A DNA stretch of 64,000 nt, from contig CBDEUK010000002.1 of the NCBI GenBank assembly GCA_965243205.1, positions 512,001 to 576,000 of the forward strand. The letters are read 5' to 3'. Shown piece after piece: positions 11,083 through 20,399 of the stretch. The stretch comes from Gammaproteobacteria bacterium. Lineage in GTDB: Bacteria > Pseudomonadota > Gammaproteobacteria > Eutrophobiales > Eutrophobiaceae. A model generated the notes under the pieces. The model was not told the DNA's origin. It made no database searches and was given only the letters and a program-made list of their open reading frames with translations. The position numbers and the translations under genes were made by a program. Each line of letters starts with the position of its first letter. Within the stretch, counting starts at the first letter, position 1.

Positions 11083-12033
11083 ATGTTCAATAAATTACCC
11101 ATACTATTATCTTGTACATTATTCTGGTTTGGCCTAATACCATCTATTAGTCAAAGCGAAAATGCTAGCGATACTCAAAAGGTGGCATGTGAACCATACC
11201 AGTTACCAATCAGTTCAGAAAACATCCGCGATTATTCAGATTACCCCTATACAGAATCTCTTATCTGGAAGGCAGTAAAAGACGATAAAGTAAATTTCCT
11301 GTACGGAACCATCCATACTCAGGACCAAATGGCCACGCGATTCCCGCCGCAGGTCCGTCTAGCCATTTATCAAAGCAAAACTTATTTAATGGAAATCCAA
11401 CTTAGCCAGGAAACCAATGATATTTTTCAACAAGCCATGTTTTATAAAGATGGTGAGTCATTAAAAGGAAAAATCGACCCTATCCTGCTCAATATTCTAG
11501 GAAACCAGTTGTCACAATATGGTTACGAAACCAATGATGCCAAACGTATCAAACCCTGGGCTGCGTTCAGCACCATCGGAGCACCAAAACCCACCAGGCA
11601 ACCAAGCCTGGATCAGGTTTTAATGAATTACGCTGGCTCACGAGGCTTAGAAGTCATTGGCATCGAGACCATGCAGGAACTAGTTGATTCTCTAGCCAGT
11701 ATATCCAAACAAGATCAGCTGACTATTCTTGGCGATACCATTTGTAATCGCTCCAAAATCATTGCAGATACCAAGCAACTTGTGGATATGCATATGCGAA
11801 ATAACCTACTAGGGTTGGTCAAATTTAATGAGCAGCCTCATCAAGATGAGGCTTTATTCGAGCGTTATATGCAGACCATGGTATTTGATCGAAACCAACG
11901 AATGCATGATCGTATCCTGCCTTATTTCGAAAAAGGTGCCACAACTGTCGCAGTAGGAGCTTTACATCTTCCTGGTGAAAAAGGTTTATTGAAATTGCTT
12001 GAACAATCTGGATTCAAAATAAGTCCGCTTTAA
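11083..12033 (+). CDS. TraB/GumN family protein
   Basis: Signal peptide, FLYGTIH, GIET, DRNQRM, VAVGALHLPGEKGLL. Confidence 0.85.
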   Translation: MFNKLPILLSCTLFWFGLIPSISQSENASDTQKVACEPYQLPISSENIRDYSDYPYTESLIWKAVKDDKVNFLYGTIHTQDQMATRFPPQVRLAIYQSKTYLMEIQLSQETNDIFQQAMFYKDGESLKGKIDPILLNILGNQLSQYGYETNDAKRIKPWAAFSTIGAPKPTRQPSLDQVLMNYAGSRGLEVIGIETMQELVDSLASISKQDQLTILGDTICNRSKIIADTKQLVDMHMRNNLLGLVKFNEQPHQDEALFERYMQTMVFDRNQRMHDRILPYFEKGATTVAVGALHLPGEKGLLKLLEQSGFKISPL

Positions 12034-12037
12034 ACTA

Positions 12038-12283
12038 TTATTTTTGATATTTTTCTTTCCATTCTTGGTAGGTCATTCCATACACATATTCTCTCGCATC
12101 ATCGTATGACATTTCACTGCCCTGCTCTTCGGCAGCTGCTAAATACCATTTTGCTAAACAATTACGACAGAAACCTGCTAAATTCATCAAGTCGATATTT
12201 TGTACTTCTGTGTGCTCACGAAGATGCTCCAGTAAACGACGAAATGCTGCAGCTTCAAGTTCTGTTTGGTTTTGATCTTGCAT
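12038..12283 (-). CDS. DUF1244 family protein
   Basis: ELEAAAFRRLLEHL..VQNIDLMNLAGFCRNCLAKWY..YGMTYQEWK. Start moved to ATG 12283 so it does not overlap ndh. Confidence 0.85.
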   Translation of the reverse strand: MQDQNQTELEAAAFRRLLEHLREHTEVQNIDLMNLAGFCRNCLAKWYLAAAEEQGSEMSYDDAREYVYGMTYQEWKEKYQK

Positions 12284-12359
12284 TTTTTTAATTACCATTT
12301 TGTTGCGGTGTAACAATCTTGTACTATAGAGAAAAAACACTATTCGGAAAACAATAATA

Positions 12360-13700
12360 ATGACCAATAAAACAATACCAGAAAATTTACACAAAGTTGT
12401 CATTGTCGGTGGTGGTGCTGCTGGCCTAGAACTGGCAACAAAGCTAGGTAAAAAATTCGGCAAAAAGAAAAAAGCACAGATCATGTTGATCGATTCTGTT
12501 CGCACACATCTCTGGAAACCTTTATTACACGAAGTAGCCGCTGGTAGTTTGAACTCATATGGCGATGAAACCGGATATATGGTTCACGCACATGTTAACC
12601 ACTTCTTATTTCGTTTAGGCAAAGCAATCAAAGTTGATCGAGAAAAACAGTTGGTCATCACTGCCCCTCAAGTCGATGAAGATGGCAATGAATACATTCC
12701 TTCACGTTCTTTCGAATACGATACTCTTATTCTAGCCGTCGGCAGTGTTACAAATGATTTTGGCATTAAGGGTGTAAAAGAACATTGCTACTTCCTAGAT
12801 AGTCGTGAGCAAGCAGATAAATTTCACCAAGATTTACTGAAATCCGCCTATATCGCACATACACAGGAAACTCCATTAAAAGAGGGCCAATTGCACGTTG
12901 CTATCGCTGGTGCAGGCGCAACTGGTGTTGAACTTGCCGCGGAATTACATGAATCAATCCGTGAATTAGCCACGATGGGTCTAAATCGGTTTGACCCTGA
13001 AAACGATATTGAGATCCATATCATTGAAGCTGCGGATCGTATCTTACCTGGCCTGCCAGAGCGGTTATCCGCACAAACTGCAAAAACTCTGGAAAAGCTA
13101 AATGTTCAACTACATACCAGTGAGCGTGTGAGCGAAGCTACTAAAGAAGGTTTTAAAACAGAAAGTGGCGAGTTGATCCCCGCTGAGATAAAAGTTTGGG
13201 CTGCAGGTATTAAGGCCCCTGAATTTCTGGCCGAGATAGATGGACTAGAAACCAATAGAATAAATCAATTATCAGTACATAAAACCTTACAAACTACCAA
13301 TGACGAAAACATTTTCGCGATGGGCGATTGTGCAGCCTGCCCTATGGAAGATGGGAAATTTGTTCCGCCAAGAGCTCAAGCTGCCCACCAACAAGCATCT
13401 TTATTATATAAATCAATCAAATACCGTCTAGCCGGTAAAGATAAGATGCCTGAATACAAGTATGTAGATTATGGCTCATTGATCAATTTAAGTAGTTATA
13501 CCACTGTAGGCAGTTTAATGGGAACCGTCTCGCGCAAATTCTCGAGTCGGGTGTTTATTGAAGGTGTCATTGCTCGCTTTGTATATTGGTCATTGTATAA
13601 AATGCACCTCATGGCGATACACGGTTTCATTCGCACAACCTTCATGACGATTGCCAACTTTTTAACAATGAAAACCAAACCAAGAACAAAACTGCACTAG
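12360..13700 (+). CDS. ndh: Type II NADH dehydrogenase
   Basis: GGGAAG, HLWKPLLHEVAAG, GAGATGVELAAE, WAAG, VPPRAQAAHQQA. Confidence 0.92.
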   Translation: MTNKTIPENLHKVVIVGGGAAGLELATKLGKKFGKKKKAQIMLIDSVRTHLWKPLLHEVAAGSLNSYGDETGYMVHAHVNHFLFRLGKAIKVDREKQLVITAPQVDEDGNEYIPSRSFEYDTLILAVGSVTNDFGIKGVKEHCYFLDSREQADKFHQDLLKSAYIAHTQETPLKEGQLHVAIAGAGATGVELAAELHESIRELATMGLNRFDPENDIEIHIIEAADRILPGLPERLSAQTAKTLEKLNVQLHTSERVSEATKEGFKTESGELIPAEIKVWAAGIKAPEFLAEIDGLETNRINQLSVHKTLQTTNDENIFAMGDCAACPMEDGKFVPPRAQAAHQQASLLYKSIKYRLAGKDKMPEYKYVDYGSLINLSSYTTVGSLMGTVSRKFSSRVFIEGVIARFVYWSLYKMHLMAIHGFIRTTFMTIANFLTMKTKPRTKLH

Positions 13701-14064
13701 ATAACATCTAAATACAATGCGTACCCCTTAAGAAGTTTCCGTTTTCTGGAACGTAAACAGGGATGTTTACTTATAGGAATTATTTTTGATTTCTATACTG
13801 CCTGAATTTCTCATAATTTATTCATAAATGTCTTGATATAGATTTATTTTTGCTAACTGATTGAATAACATACTCTTTTAGCTGTTTAAGCAGATGCACA
13901 ACCGTTTTGTAAAAGATTAAATCGCTATTATTTGTAATAACAATTGATTGGAGCTCTACAAAAACAGGAATTCCTCCTAAAATATAAAGTAATAATAATC
14001 CAAAAAACCTAATAAAAACCTATAATTACTAGTGTTTTTGAACTTATTTTGTTAACTTAACAAG

Positions 14065-17000
14065 ATGAGTTTGTTTCATTGCTTAAAAACGATAATTATC
14101 GGTTCGATGGTCGTGGCCATATGTCCTGCGTCTGCGAACCGAGAACTTGCTAATCATCTCCATGATGATTTTCTAGAGCAATCGATTCAATTCAAGCTAA
14201 TGAACCCTCATCGCCGATTTGTTGACCAATCTGCACTATTCAAAATTGATCCTCAGAGGAACTTCCTATTAGCTCAGGTAGACGACCTCGATATTGACTT
14301 TGGAGAGTATGGAGAAGAAGAAGCGTTAGAAGAGTTTGAGGAAGAATACCAAGAAGAAATTGAAGCATTAGAGCAAACTGAACCTGAAATAATAGAACCA
14401 GTAGAAGAAATCGTCGAGCAAGAACCTCTCGTAGGGCCTGAGGAAGTAACTACGTCTACAACAGAAGAAGAGGTGTTTGCAGATGATACAAGTGAAATAA
14501 TCATTGATGATGAACAGGAGACAATTCTAGAAGAGGCACCCACCAATGAAGTTGTCGATGACGGTACTATTTTCATTGACCCTACAGAAGAAACTGCTCC
14601 TATTGAATTTGAAGAAGAACTTGTAGATGAAGCAGATGAGCTTATCGAGGAGATACCTGAAGAAGTTGCGGATGATGAAACTTCCCCTGAGATCCTCGAA
14701 GTCGATGATGTTGAAGTAATTGGTGAACCATTTAAACTCATCACTCCCTTACCGGGCGTCGACTTCGACGAAGACCAAATCTCGACCAATATCCAAACTG
14801 CTACTGGAGAAGACATAAAGAAATCCGGTGCCATCAATGCAACGCAGTTTCTCAATGAACAACTGCAATCGATCACAGTCAGTGATAACTCAGGTAATCC
14901 ATTCCAACAAGACGTTAATTTCCGCGGCTTTTCTGCCTCTCCTCTAATTGCAACACCACAAGGTCTCTCCATCTATATCGATGGAGTTCGAGTTAATGAA
15001 TCCTTTGGCGATGTCGTCAATTGGGATCTAATCCCATTAAATGCCATCGATTCGGTAGCGTTAGTCCCAGGAGCAACACCGCTCTTTGGTCTGAACACCA
15101 TCGCAGGCGCTTTAACCCTGTCGACCAAGACAGGATTTTCTTCACCAGGAGTTGATGCAGCCGCTCGCTACGGAAGTTGGAATCGACGCCAACGTGAACT
15201 CACAATTGGAGGAAATAATGGGTTAGTAGGTGCATTTGTGGCCTACAATCGGGTACAAGAAGATGGCTGGCGTAATAATTCCCCATCAGACGTAGAACAA
15301 ATATTTGGTCGTGCTGATGTTACAACCGACATGCTTAATTTAAGCTTTTCAGGACTAGCTGCTGATAATTCCTTAGTAGGTAATGGTACTGTCCCATTTA
15401 GTGATTTTGAAATCGATCCTGAACAAATTTACACATCACCGGATATAACAAATAACTCAGTCAATCACTTTAATATGACAGCTACTTTGACCCCTAACGA
15501 TAATACTTCTATATCAGCCCTTGCTTACCATCGTGGGGTTAATCAGACTACAATTGGTGGTGATTTCTGGGATGATTTTGAACGAGCGGTCGACGGTCGT
15601 CTGGGCTACTTTTGCGATAGATTTGCTGCTCCTGGTCAACCAGCCAATGGAGCTGGAACAGGTGATCCAGGCGTTCCTGGTTGTTATCCGAATGGTGTTT
15701 TAAATCAAGGCGGGTTAGAACAGGATACCTATGGTGCTTCACTACAACTAAACTGGGTTACCGAGCGTAATCAAGCCGTTTTTGGAGCTACGTTTGATAA
15801 ATACAACGTTGAATTTAGTCAGAGTCAATTATTAGGCTTCATTGAATCGGATCGCAGTGTCGTAGCTGACCCGACGCGCTTAGTAGGAGCAAATCTCATA
15901 GGCGCTCCGTTTTTTGATGACCCTCAAGTTTTTATTAATCTTTGCGTCTTATCCGGACAAACACTTGCAACATGTCAAGAGCTCTCAAGGCAGGATGAGC
16001 TCGGTCGCATCAACTTTGCAGCAGAAAATCCCATTCTACGAAACCGTGTTAAGGGCGTAGGAACCAACGCTGCCTTCTTTTTATACGATGCTTTCAATGT
16101 TACACCTAAGCTCACAACAACTTTGGGACTAAGGTACAACCGCACTCGTGTACAAAACCAGGTGCAGGCGGATGCACCTACTCCCCTTTGGACATTTGAT
16201 CGAGCCACATTCGAAAATACAATATTGCAGTGCCGTCTCGATCCAACCGATCTAGTTAGTCGTTTGCAATGTACTTCAGAGGACATTGTATTTAAGTCTT
16301 GGAACCCAGCCCTCGGTATAACCTATGCCTTAAATGAATCCACAAGTACATTCGCCAACGTTAGTGTAGGAACGCGTACTCCATCTGCTATAGAACTCGC
16401 ATGTGCACGTCCTGCAGATGAAGATATCCAACAAGGGCTTATCGTTGGTTGTACGATTCCGACAAACTTTACGGCTGATCCACCCCTAGAACAAGTTCGA
16501 TCTACTTCTTATGAGATTGGCACACGAATGCAGTTTAATAATGGAATTGATGCCAATCTGGCTTTTTTCCGAACGGACCTTAAAAATGATATCTTATTTT
16601 TATCGCTTGGCCGTGGTAATCGTGGAGTATTTGATAACTTTGGTGAAACTCGTCGCCAAGGTCTAGAATTGGGTCTTTCGGGTGACCATGGCCGTTTTAA
16701 TTGGTTTCTTAACTATACCTATCTCAAAGCAACCTTTGAATCAGAAGCAACCGTAGTTAATTCCTCAAATAGCACCGCGGCCAGAGGATTCAATGCGATA
16801 AACGAATTTACAGTGGACATAGGTGATGAAATTCCTGGCGTTCCTAATCATGCTATTCGAGCCGGGGTTGAATTTGCATTCACACCAAAATTCAGTCTAG
16901 GGCTGAATTTGATCGCACAAAGCGACTCGTTCGCCCGTGGTAACGAGAATAATGAACATCAAGCGGTCGGTAATGATGAATTCAGCAATGGTCAGTCTTC

Positions 17001-17361
17001 ATCAGGACCCTGTGCCCCCAATATTCAATTACCAGGCGGAGCTTGTTTTGAGGGCGGTCGACCGTTCATTGGAAGTGGCAGCATCAAAGCTTTTTGGATT
17101 CTGAATCTTGATGCCACATACCGTCCTACTAAACGACTGACGGTTTCATTAGCAGTTGATAATCTATTTGACAAAAGGTTTGCAACCGCAGGCAATCTGG
17201 GTTTTTCACCCTTTCAATCAGATTCTGTAAACTTCCCTGGTGCAGTGGATGCAGCTGGATTCAACTTCAATTCCTTCAACTGGAAACACGACCTCTTTGT
17301 CGGCCCAGGCGCCCCGAGGGCTGCCTGGTTGAGCTTGCGCTATACCTGGGATGGTTGGTAA
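14065..17361 (+). CDS. TonB-dependent receptor resembling the lanthanide-associated LutH/LanA type, with long acidic N-terminal extension
   Basis: Plug motif NPFQQDVNFRGFSASPLIATPQGLSIYIDGVRVNESFGDVVNWDLIP, ADPPLEQVRS, DNLFDKRF, GAPRAAWLSLRY C-terminal strand. Subfamily call is from recall of motifs. Confidence 0.85.
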   Translation: MSLFHCLKTIIIGSMVVAICPASANRELANHLHDDFLEQSIQFKLMNPHRRFVDQSALFKIDPQRNFLLAQVDDLDIDFGEYGEEEALEEFEEEYQEEIEALEQTEPEIIEPVEEIVEQEPLVGPEEVTTSTTEEEVFADDTSEIIIDDEQETILEEAPTNEVVDDGTIFIDPTEETAPIEFEEELVDEADELIEEIPEEVADDETSPEILEVDDVEVIGEPFKLITPLPGVDFDEDQISTNIQTATGEDIKKSGAINATQFLNEQLQSITVSDNSGNPFQQDVNFRGFSASPLIATPQGLSIYIDGVRVNESFGDVVNWDLIPLNAIDSVALVPGATPLFGLNTIAGALTLSTKTGFSSPGVDAAARYGSWNRRQRELTIGGNNGLVGAFVAYNRVQEDGWRNNSPSDVEQIFGRADVTTDMLNLSFSGLAADNSLVGNGTVPFSDFEIDPEQIYTSPDITNNSVNHFNMTATLTPNDNTSISALAYHRGVNQTTIGGDFWDDFERAVDGRLGYFCDRFAAPGQPANGAGTGDPGVPGCYPNGVLNQGGLEQDTYGASLQLNWVTERNQAVFGATFDKYNVEFSQSQLLGFIESDRSVVADPTRLVGANLIGAPFFDDPQVFINLCVLSGQTLATCQELSRQDELGRINFAAENPILRNRVKGVGTNAAFFLYDAFNVTPKLTTTLGLRYNRTRVQNQVQADAPTPLWTFDRATFENTILQCRLDPTDLVSRLQCTSEDIVFKSWNPALGITYALNESTSTFANVSVGTRTPSAIELACARPADEDIQQGLIVGCTIPTNFTADPPLEQVRSTSYEIGTRMQFNNGIDANLAFFRTDLKNDILFLSLGRGNRGVFDNFGETRRQGLELGLSGDHGRFNWFLNYTYLKATFESEATVVNSSNSTAARGFNAINEFTVDIGDEIPGVPNHAIRAGVEFAFTPKFSLGLNLIAQSDSFARGNENNEHQAVGNDEFSNGQSSSGPCAPNIQLPGGACFEGGRPFIGSGSIKAFWILNLDATYRPTKRLTVSLAVDNLFDKRFATAGNLGFSPFQSDSVNFPGAVDAAGFNFNSFNWKHDLFVGPGAPRAAWLSLRYTWDGW

Positions 17362-17378
17362 AAATATCAAAAAAGAAT

Positions 17379-18454
17379 TAAAAAGAAAGCCCCTTTAGTG
17401 GGGCTTTCTGAATCTTGAATTAGTAACTGTTTGTTACTTTGTAGGTTTTATTAAGGAAAGGCAGAACTTTTTCTTACTAAACCGCTTTAAACCGAGCGGC
17501 TCCAACCCCGATAACCCCAAGTGCTACAGCCAAACCGAGAATTCCCAACCATGGTAAAGGAACCTGTTCAGTATTGCTGCTACATTCTACTGAGACAAAA
17601 CCCGGTAAGAAAATAGAAACCTGAGTTTGTCCCTCCTCGCCAGCTTGATTAAGTTCTAGAGAATTTGGCTGCTCTTCATAACATTCAGCCGTAGTCTTCA
17701 AATGAAAATACATAGAGGTAGGATTAAGTTCACTAACGTTAAGATCCGTTTGAAACCGCACCACATCTGGGTCAAAAGGTGTGGCACCCCCAAGGGTTTT
17801 AGCCGTAGTCCGTGCTACGTTATATAATCTTAAGCCTCCCTCACGTCGCTCCGAGCTCGCGGCTTGCACAGTGTAACCATCGTTTCCAGAACGTAGAATA
17901 TAATTGAATTCAGATTCGTTTACGACCGCACCAGCACCTTCAGGAAGGGTTGGTTCAAGGTCTACTCGCAAAGATAACACCAATGAATTATCCGTAGTAT
18001 CCGTAAAAACACTATCCGTAATAGTACCGACGGTGACTGGTCCAGTCGCTGGATCAGACAATCCAAGTACTTGCGACCGATCTAGGACAAGGTCGCGTAC
18101 TTTTTCTTCAACTAAGGTAAGACGCTCAGGGGCATCGAAAATATCGAGCGTAGTCGTACCCACCACCACATCATCAATGTCAGGTCCGTTACAATCGAGA
18201 TTCGCGTTGGTGATGAACAGTCGATTTATACCGCTGATTGGAACTCCTGGATTACCGCTGGAAATGTTTTCGCAATCCAGGGCATAAAACACATCTGACG
18301 TAAGTTGCGCAACACCATCAACTCGCGTTCCGTCACTGGGAATGTCACAATAACCAGTTGCTAATTTGATATTGTTGTCAGTGCTAGTGCAATCTTTTGC
18401 TTGTACTCCAGATGCTATTAACATGAGCGAAATAATAATGATGCTGTATTTCAA
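17379..18454. repeat. Tandem duplication, copy A (about 1.08 kb, gene plus terminator)
   Basis: Aligns ungapped to 18881-19956 at offset 1502; 17835-18289 is identical. Confidence 0.95.
17384..17409. terminator. Intrinsic terminator between the convergent receptor and copy A
   Basis: AGAAAGCCCC-TTTAGT-GGGGCTTTCT hairpin with an A-run on the left. Confidence 0.8.
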
Positions 18455-18472
18455 ACTTGGTGCTTTATACAC
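17477..18472 (-). CDS. Secreted protein with PEP-CTERM/VPLPA-like C-terminal anchor (copy A)
   Basis: GTG start with AGAGGT RBS, signal peptide ending VQA, six Cys, C-terminal VPLPW + hydrophobic helix + RFK. Confidence 0.85.
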   Translation of the reverse strand: MYKAPSLKYSIIIISLMLIASGVQAKDCTSTDNNIKLATGYCDIPSDGTRVDGVAQLTSDVFYALDCENISSGNPGVPISGINRLFITNANLDCNGPDIDDVVVGTTTLDIFDAPERLTLVEEKVRDLVLDRSQVLGLSDPATGPVTVGTITDSVFTDTTDNSLVLSLRVDLEPTLPEGAGAVVNESEFNYILRSGNDGYTVQAASSERREGGLRLYNVARTTAKTLGGATPFDPDVVRFQTDLNVSELNPTSMYFHLKTTAECYEEQPNSLELNQAGEEGQTQVSIFLPGFVSVECSSNTEQVPLPWLGILGLAVALGVIGVGAARFKAV

Positions 18473-18686
18473 AATTTTATACCTCTTCTGAACGATACTC
18501 TCTTTTTCAATATAGTAAGGAGTCTGAGTAACTCCTACAAATTAGCTTCTAACCTCTCATTCACGTTAGAGATCAGTTACAATAAGAGACTTGAAATTGT
18601 TCTGTCCATAAATCTAATTTGTGTCGTGACGAGTCGCTTATTATTCAATGATTAATTTGTAGAACAAACTAATTAGTTTAATCCCA

Positions 18687-18728
18687 ATTTTATTATTAGT
18701 TATACATAATTTGTTAGGGATATCTTCC
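18687..18728 (-). promoter_or_regulatory. Putative activator-dependent promoter of copy A
   Basis: Sense GGAAGATATCCCTAACAAATTAT then TAAAAT 22 nt after CCTA; same box at 21359-21381. Confidence 0.55.
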
Positions 18729-18885
18729 TGCTTATTTATTATGTAACACAATTTTCATATTTTGAACTGCTCTAGAAAAATTATATTTTTCATCTATATT
18801 ATTGAGATCACAGGGTTACCAAAGGCAAAACCACTTTGCTGAATAGCCAAACCCATTGATAAGGTTATGGATGGGAATAATAAAA

Positions 18886-18911
18886 AGAAAGCCCCAGAAT
18901 TGGGGCTTTCT
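18886..18911 (-). terminator. Intrinsic terminator of copy B
   Basis: AGAAAGCCCCA-GAAT-TGGGGCTTTCT hairpin; U-tract on minus strand. Confidence 0.8.
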
Positions 18912-18978
18912 GGATCTTAAATTAGTAACTGTTTGTTACTTTGTAGGTTTTATTAAGGAAAGGCAGAACTTTTTCTTA

Positions 18979-19956
18979 CTAAACCGCTTTAAACCGAGCG
19001 GCTCCAACCCCGATAACCCCAAGTGCTACAGCCAAACCGAGAATTCCCAACCATGGTAAAGGAACCTGTTCAGTATTGCTGCTACATTCTACTGAGACAA
19101 AACCCGGTAAGAAAATAGAAACCTGGGGTTGCCCCTCCTCGCCAGCTTGATTGATCTCTAGAGCATTCGGCTGCTCTTCATAACATTCAGCCGTAGTCTT
19201 CAAATGAAAATACCTTGAGGTAGGATTAAGTTCACTAACGTTGATATCCGTTTGAAACCGCACCACATCTGGGTCAAAAGGTGTGGCACCCCCAAGGGTT
19301 TTAGCCGTAGTCCGTGCTACGTTATATAATCTATTTCCTCCCTCACGTCGCTCCGAGCTCGCGGCTTGCACAGTGTAACCATCGTTTCCAGAACGTAGAA
19401 TATAATTGAATTCAGATTCGTTTACGACCGCACCAGCACCTTCAGGAAGGGTTGGTTCAAGGTCTACTCGCAAAGATAACACCAATGAATTATCCGTAGT
19501 ATCCGTAAAAACACTATCCGTAATAGTACCGACGGTGACTGGTCCAGTCGCTGGATCAGACAATCCAAGTACTTGCGACCGATCTAGGACAAGGTCGCGT
19601 ACTTTTTCTTCAACTAAGGTAAGACGCTCAGGGGCATCGAAAATATCGAGCGTAGTCGTACCCACCACCACATCATCAATGTCAGGTCCGTTACAATCGA
19701 GATTCGCGTTGGTGATGAACAGTCGATTTATACCGCTGATTGGAACTCCTGGATTACCGCTGGAAATGTTTTCGCAATCCAGGGCATAAAAGGGATCTGA
19801 TGTAATTTGTGCAACACCATCAACTCGCGTTCCGTCACTGGGAATGTCACAATAACCAGTTGCTAATTTGATATTGTTGTCAGTGCTAGTGCAATCTTTT
19901 GCTTGTATTCCAGATGTTATAAGCATGAGCGAAATAATAATGATGCCATGTTTCAT
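18979..19956 (-). CDS. Secreted protein with PEP-CTERM/VPLPA-like anchor (copy B)
   Basis: Paralogue of 17477-18472 with 8 amino-acid changes in the mature region. Confidence 0.88.
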   Translation of the reverse strand: MKHGIIIISLMLITSGIQAKDCTSTDNNIKLATGYCDIPSDGTRVDGVAQITSDPFYALDCENISSGNPGVPISGINRLFITNANLDCNGPDIDDVVVGTTTLDIFDAPERLTLVEEKVRDLVLDRSQVLGLSDPATGPVTVGTITDSVFTDTTDNSLVLSLRVDLEPTLPEGAGAVVNESEFNYILRSGNDGYTVQAASSERREGGNRLYNVARTTAKTLGGATPFDPDVVRFQTDINVSELNPTSRYFHLKTTAECYEEQPNALEINQAGEEGQPQVSIFLPGFVSVECSSNTEQVPLPWLGILGLAVALGVIGVGAARFKAV

Positions 19957-20194
19957 AATTAACTTATTCCTATTCTGTGAGATGCTTTTTTATAAAGTAT
20001 GTAAATTAATTTATTGGCTGAAATTAAATCACAAATGGTTTTTTCAAGTAATCTTCTTGAGTAAGATTTTGAACATAAAGGACTGATTTAATTAGATATT
20101 TAGGATATGTTAACTATTGAAATAGGATTATTTCACTGCTTTATGGAAAACGTTTTAAATTGCATCCTCCTTATTATCTGTGATCTATTAGATC

Positions 20195-20220
20195 AAAAAA
20201 GGGGCCTGAACGGCCCCTTT
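20195..20220 (-). terminator. Intrinsic terminator
   Basis: AAAGGGGCC-TGAAC-GGCCCCTTT with a U6 tract on minus strand. Confidence 0.7.
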
Positions 20221-20341
20221 GAATTAACTTCTATTTAATTTTAGGTATGAGTTTACTAGGTTCCACTTTTTAGAGATAAAGACTAAACAAAAGAGAGGTG
20301 TCTTAGCTATTGATGTACTGTCGCTATGCGACCGTGTGCAT

Positions 20342-20379
20342 AAAAAAACCTCGAATGCACAATGTGCAGTCGAGGTTTT
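20342..20379 (-). terminator. Intrinsic terminator of the VPLPA-CTERM gene
   Basis: AAAACCTCGA-A-TGCAC-AAT-GTGCA-G-TCGAGGTTTT, 20 nt after the stop. Confidence 0.75.
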
Positions 20380-20399
20380 AAAGTAAAAAATTTAAGCAA

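Larger units (their letters stand above)
18881..19956. repeat. Tandem duplication, copy B
   Basis: Near-identical to 17379-18454. Confidence 0.95.

Noticed and set aside
12284-12505. N-terminal extension of the DUF1244 ORF
   Set aside because: Overlaps the divergent ndh start; the family signature begins at ATG 12283.
13753-13770. GTAAACA-GGGA-TGTTTAC palindrome after ndh
   Set aside because: Single short copy; cannot tell terminator, operator or chance apart.
14274-14972. 232-aa Ser-rich minus-strand ORF
   Set aside because: Antisense shadow of the GAA/GAT-rich acidic arm of the receptor.
18788-18876. Possible c-di-GMP-I riboswitch (GGCAAAACC)
   Set aside because: Wrong strand for the downstream gene and lacks the GAAA tetraloop and GACGCAAA elements.
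17904-19789. Two identical 127-aa plus-strand ORFs
   Set aside because: Antisense shadows inside the identical block of the duplication.
17379-19956. Diversity-generating retroelement (template/variable repeat) or IS-mediated duplication
   Set aside because: No reverse transcriptase or transposase in the window, differences are not confined to adenines, and both copies are full genes.
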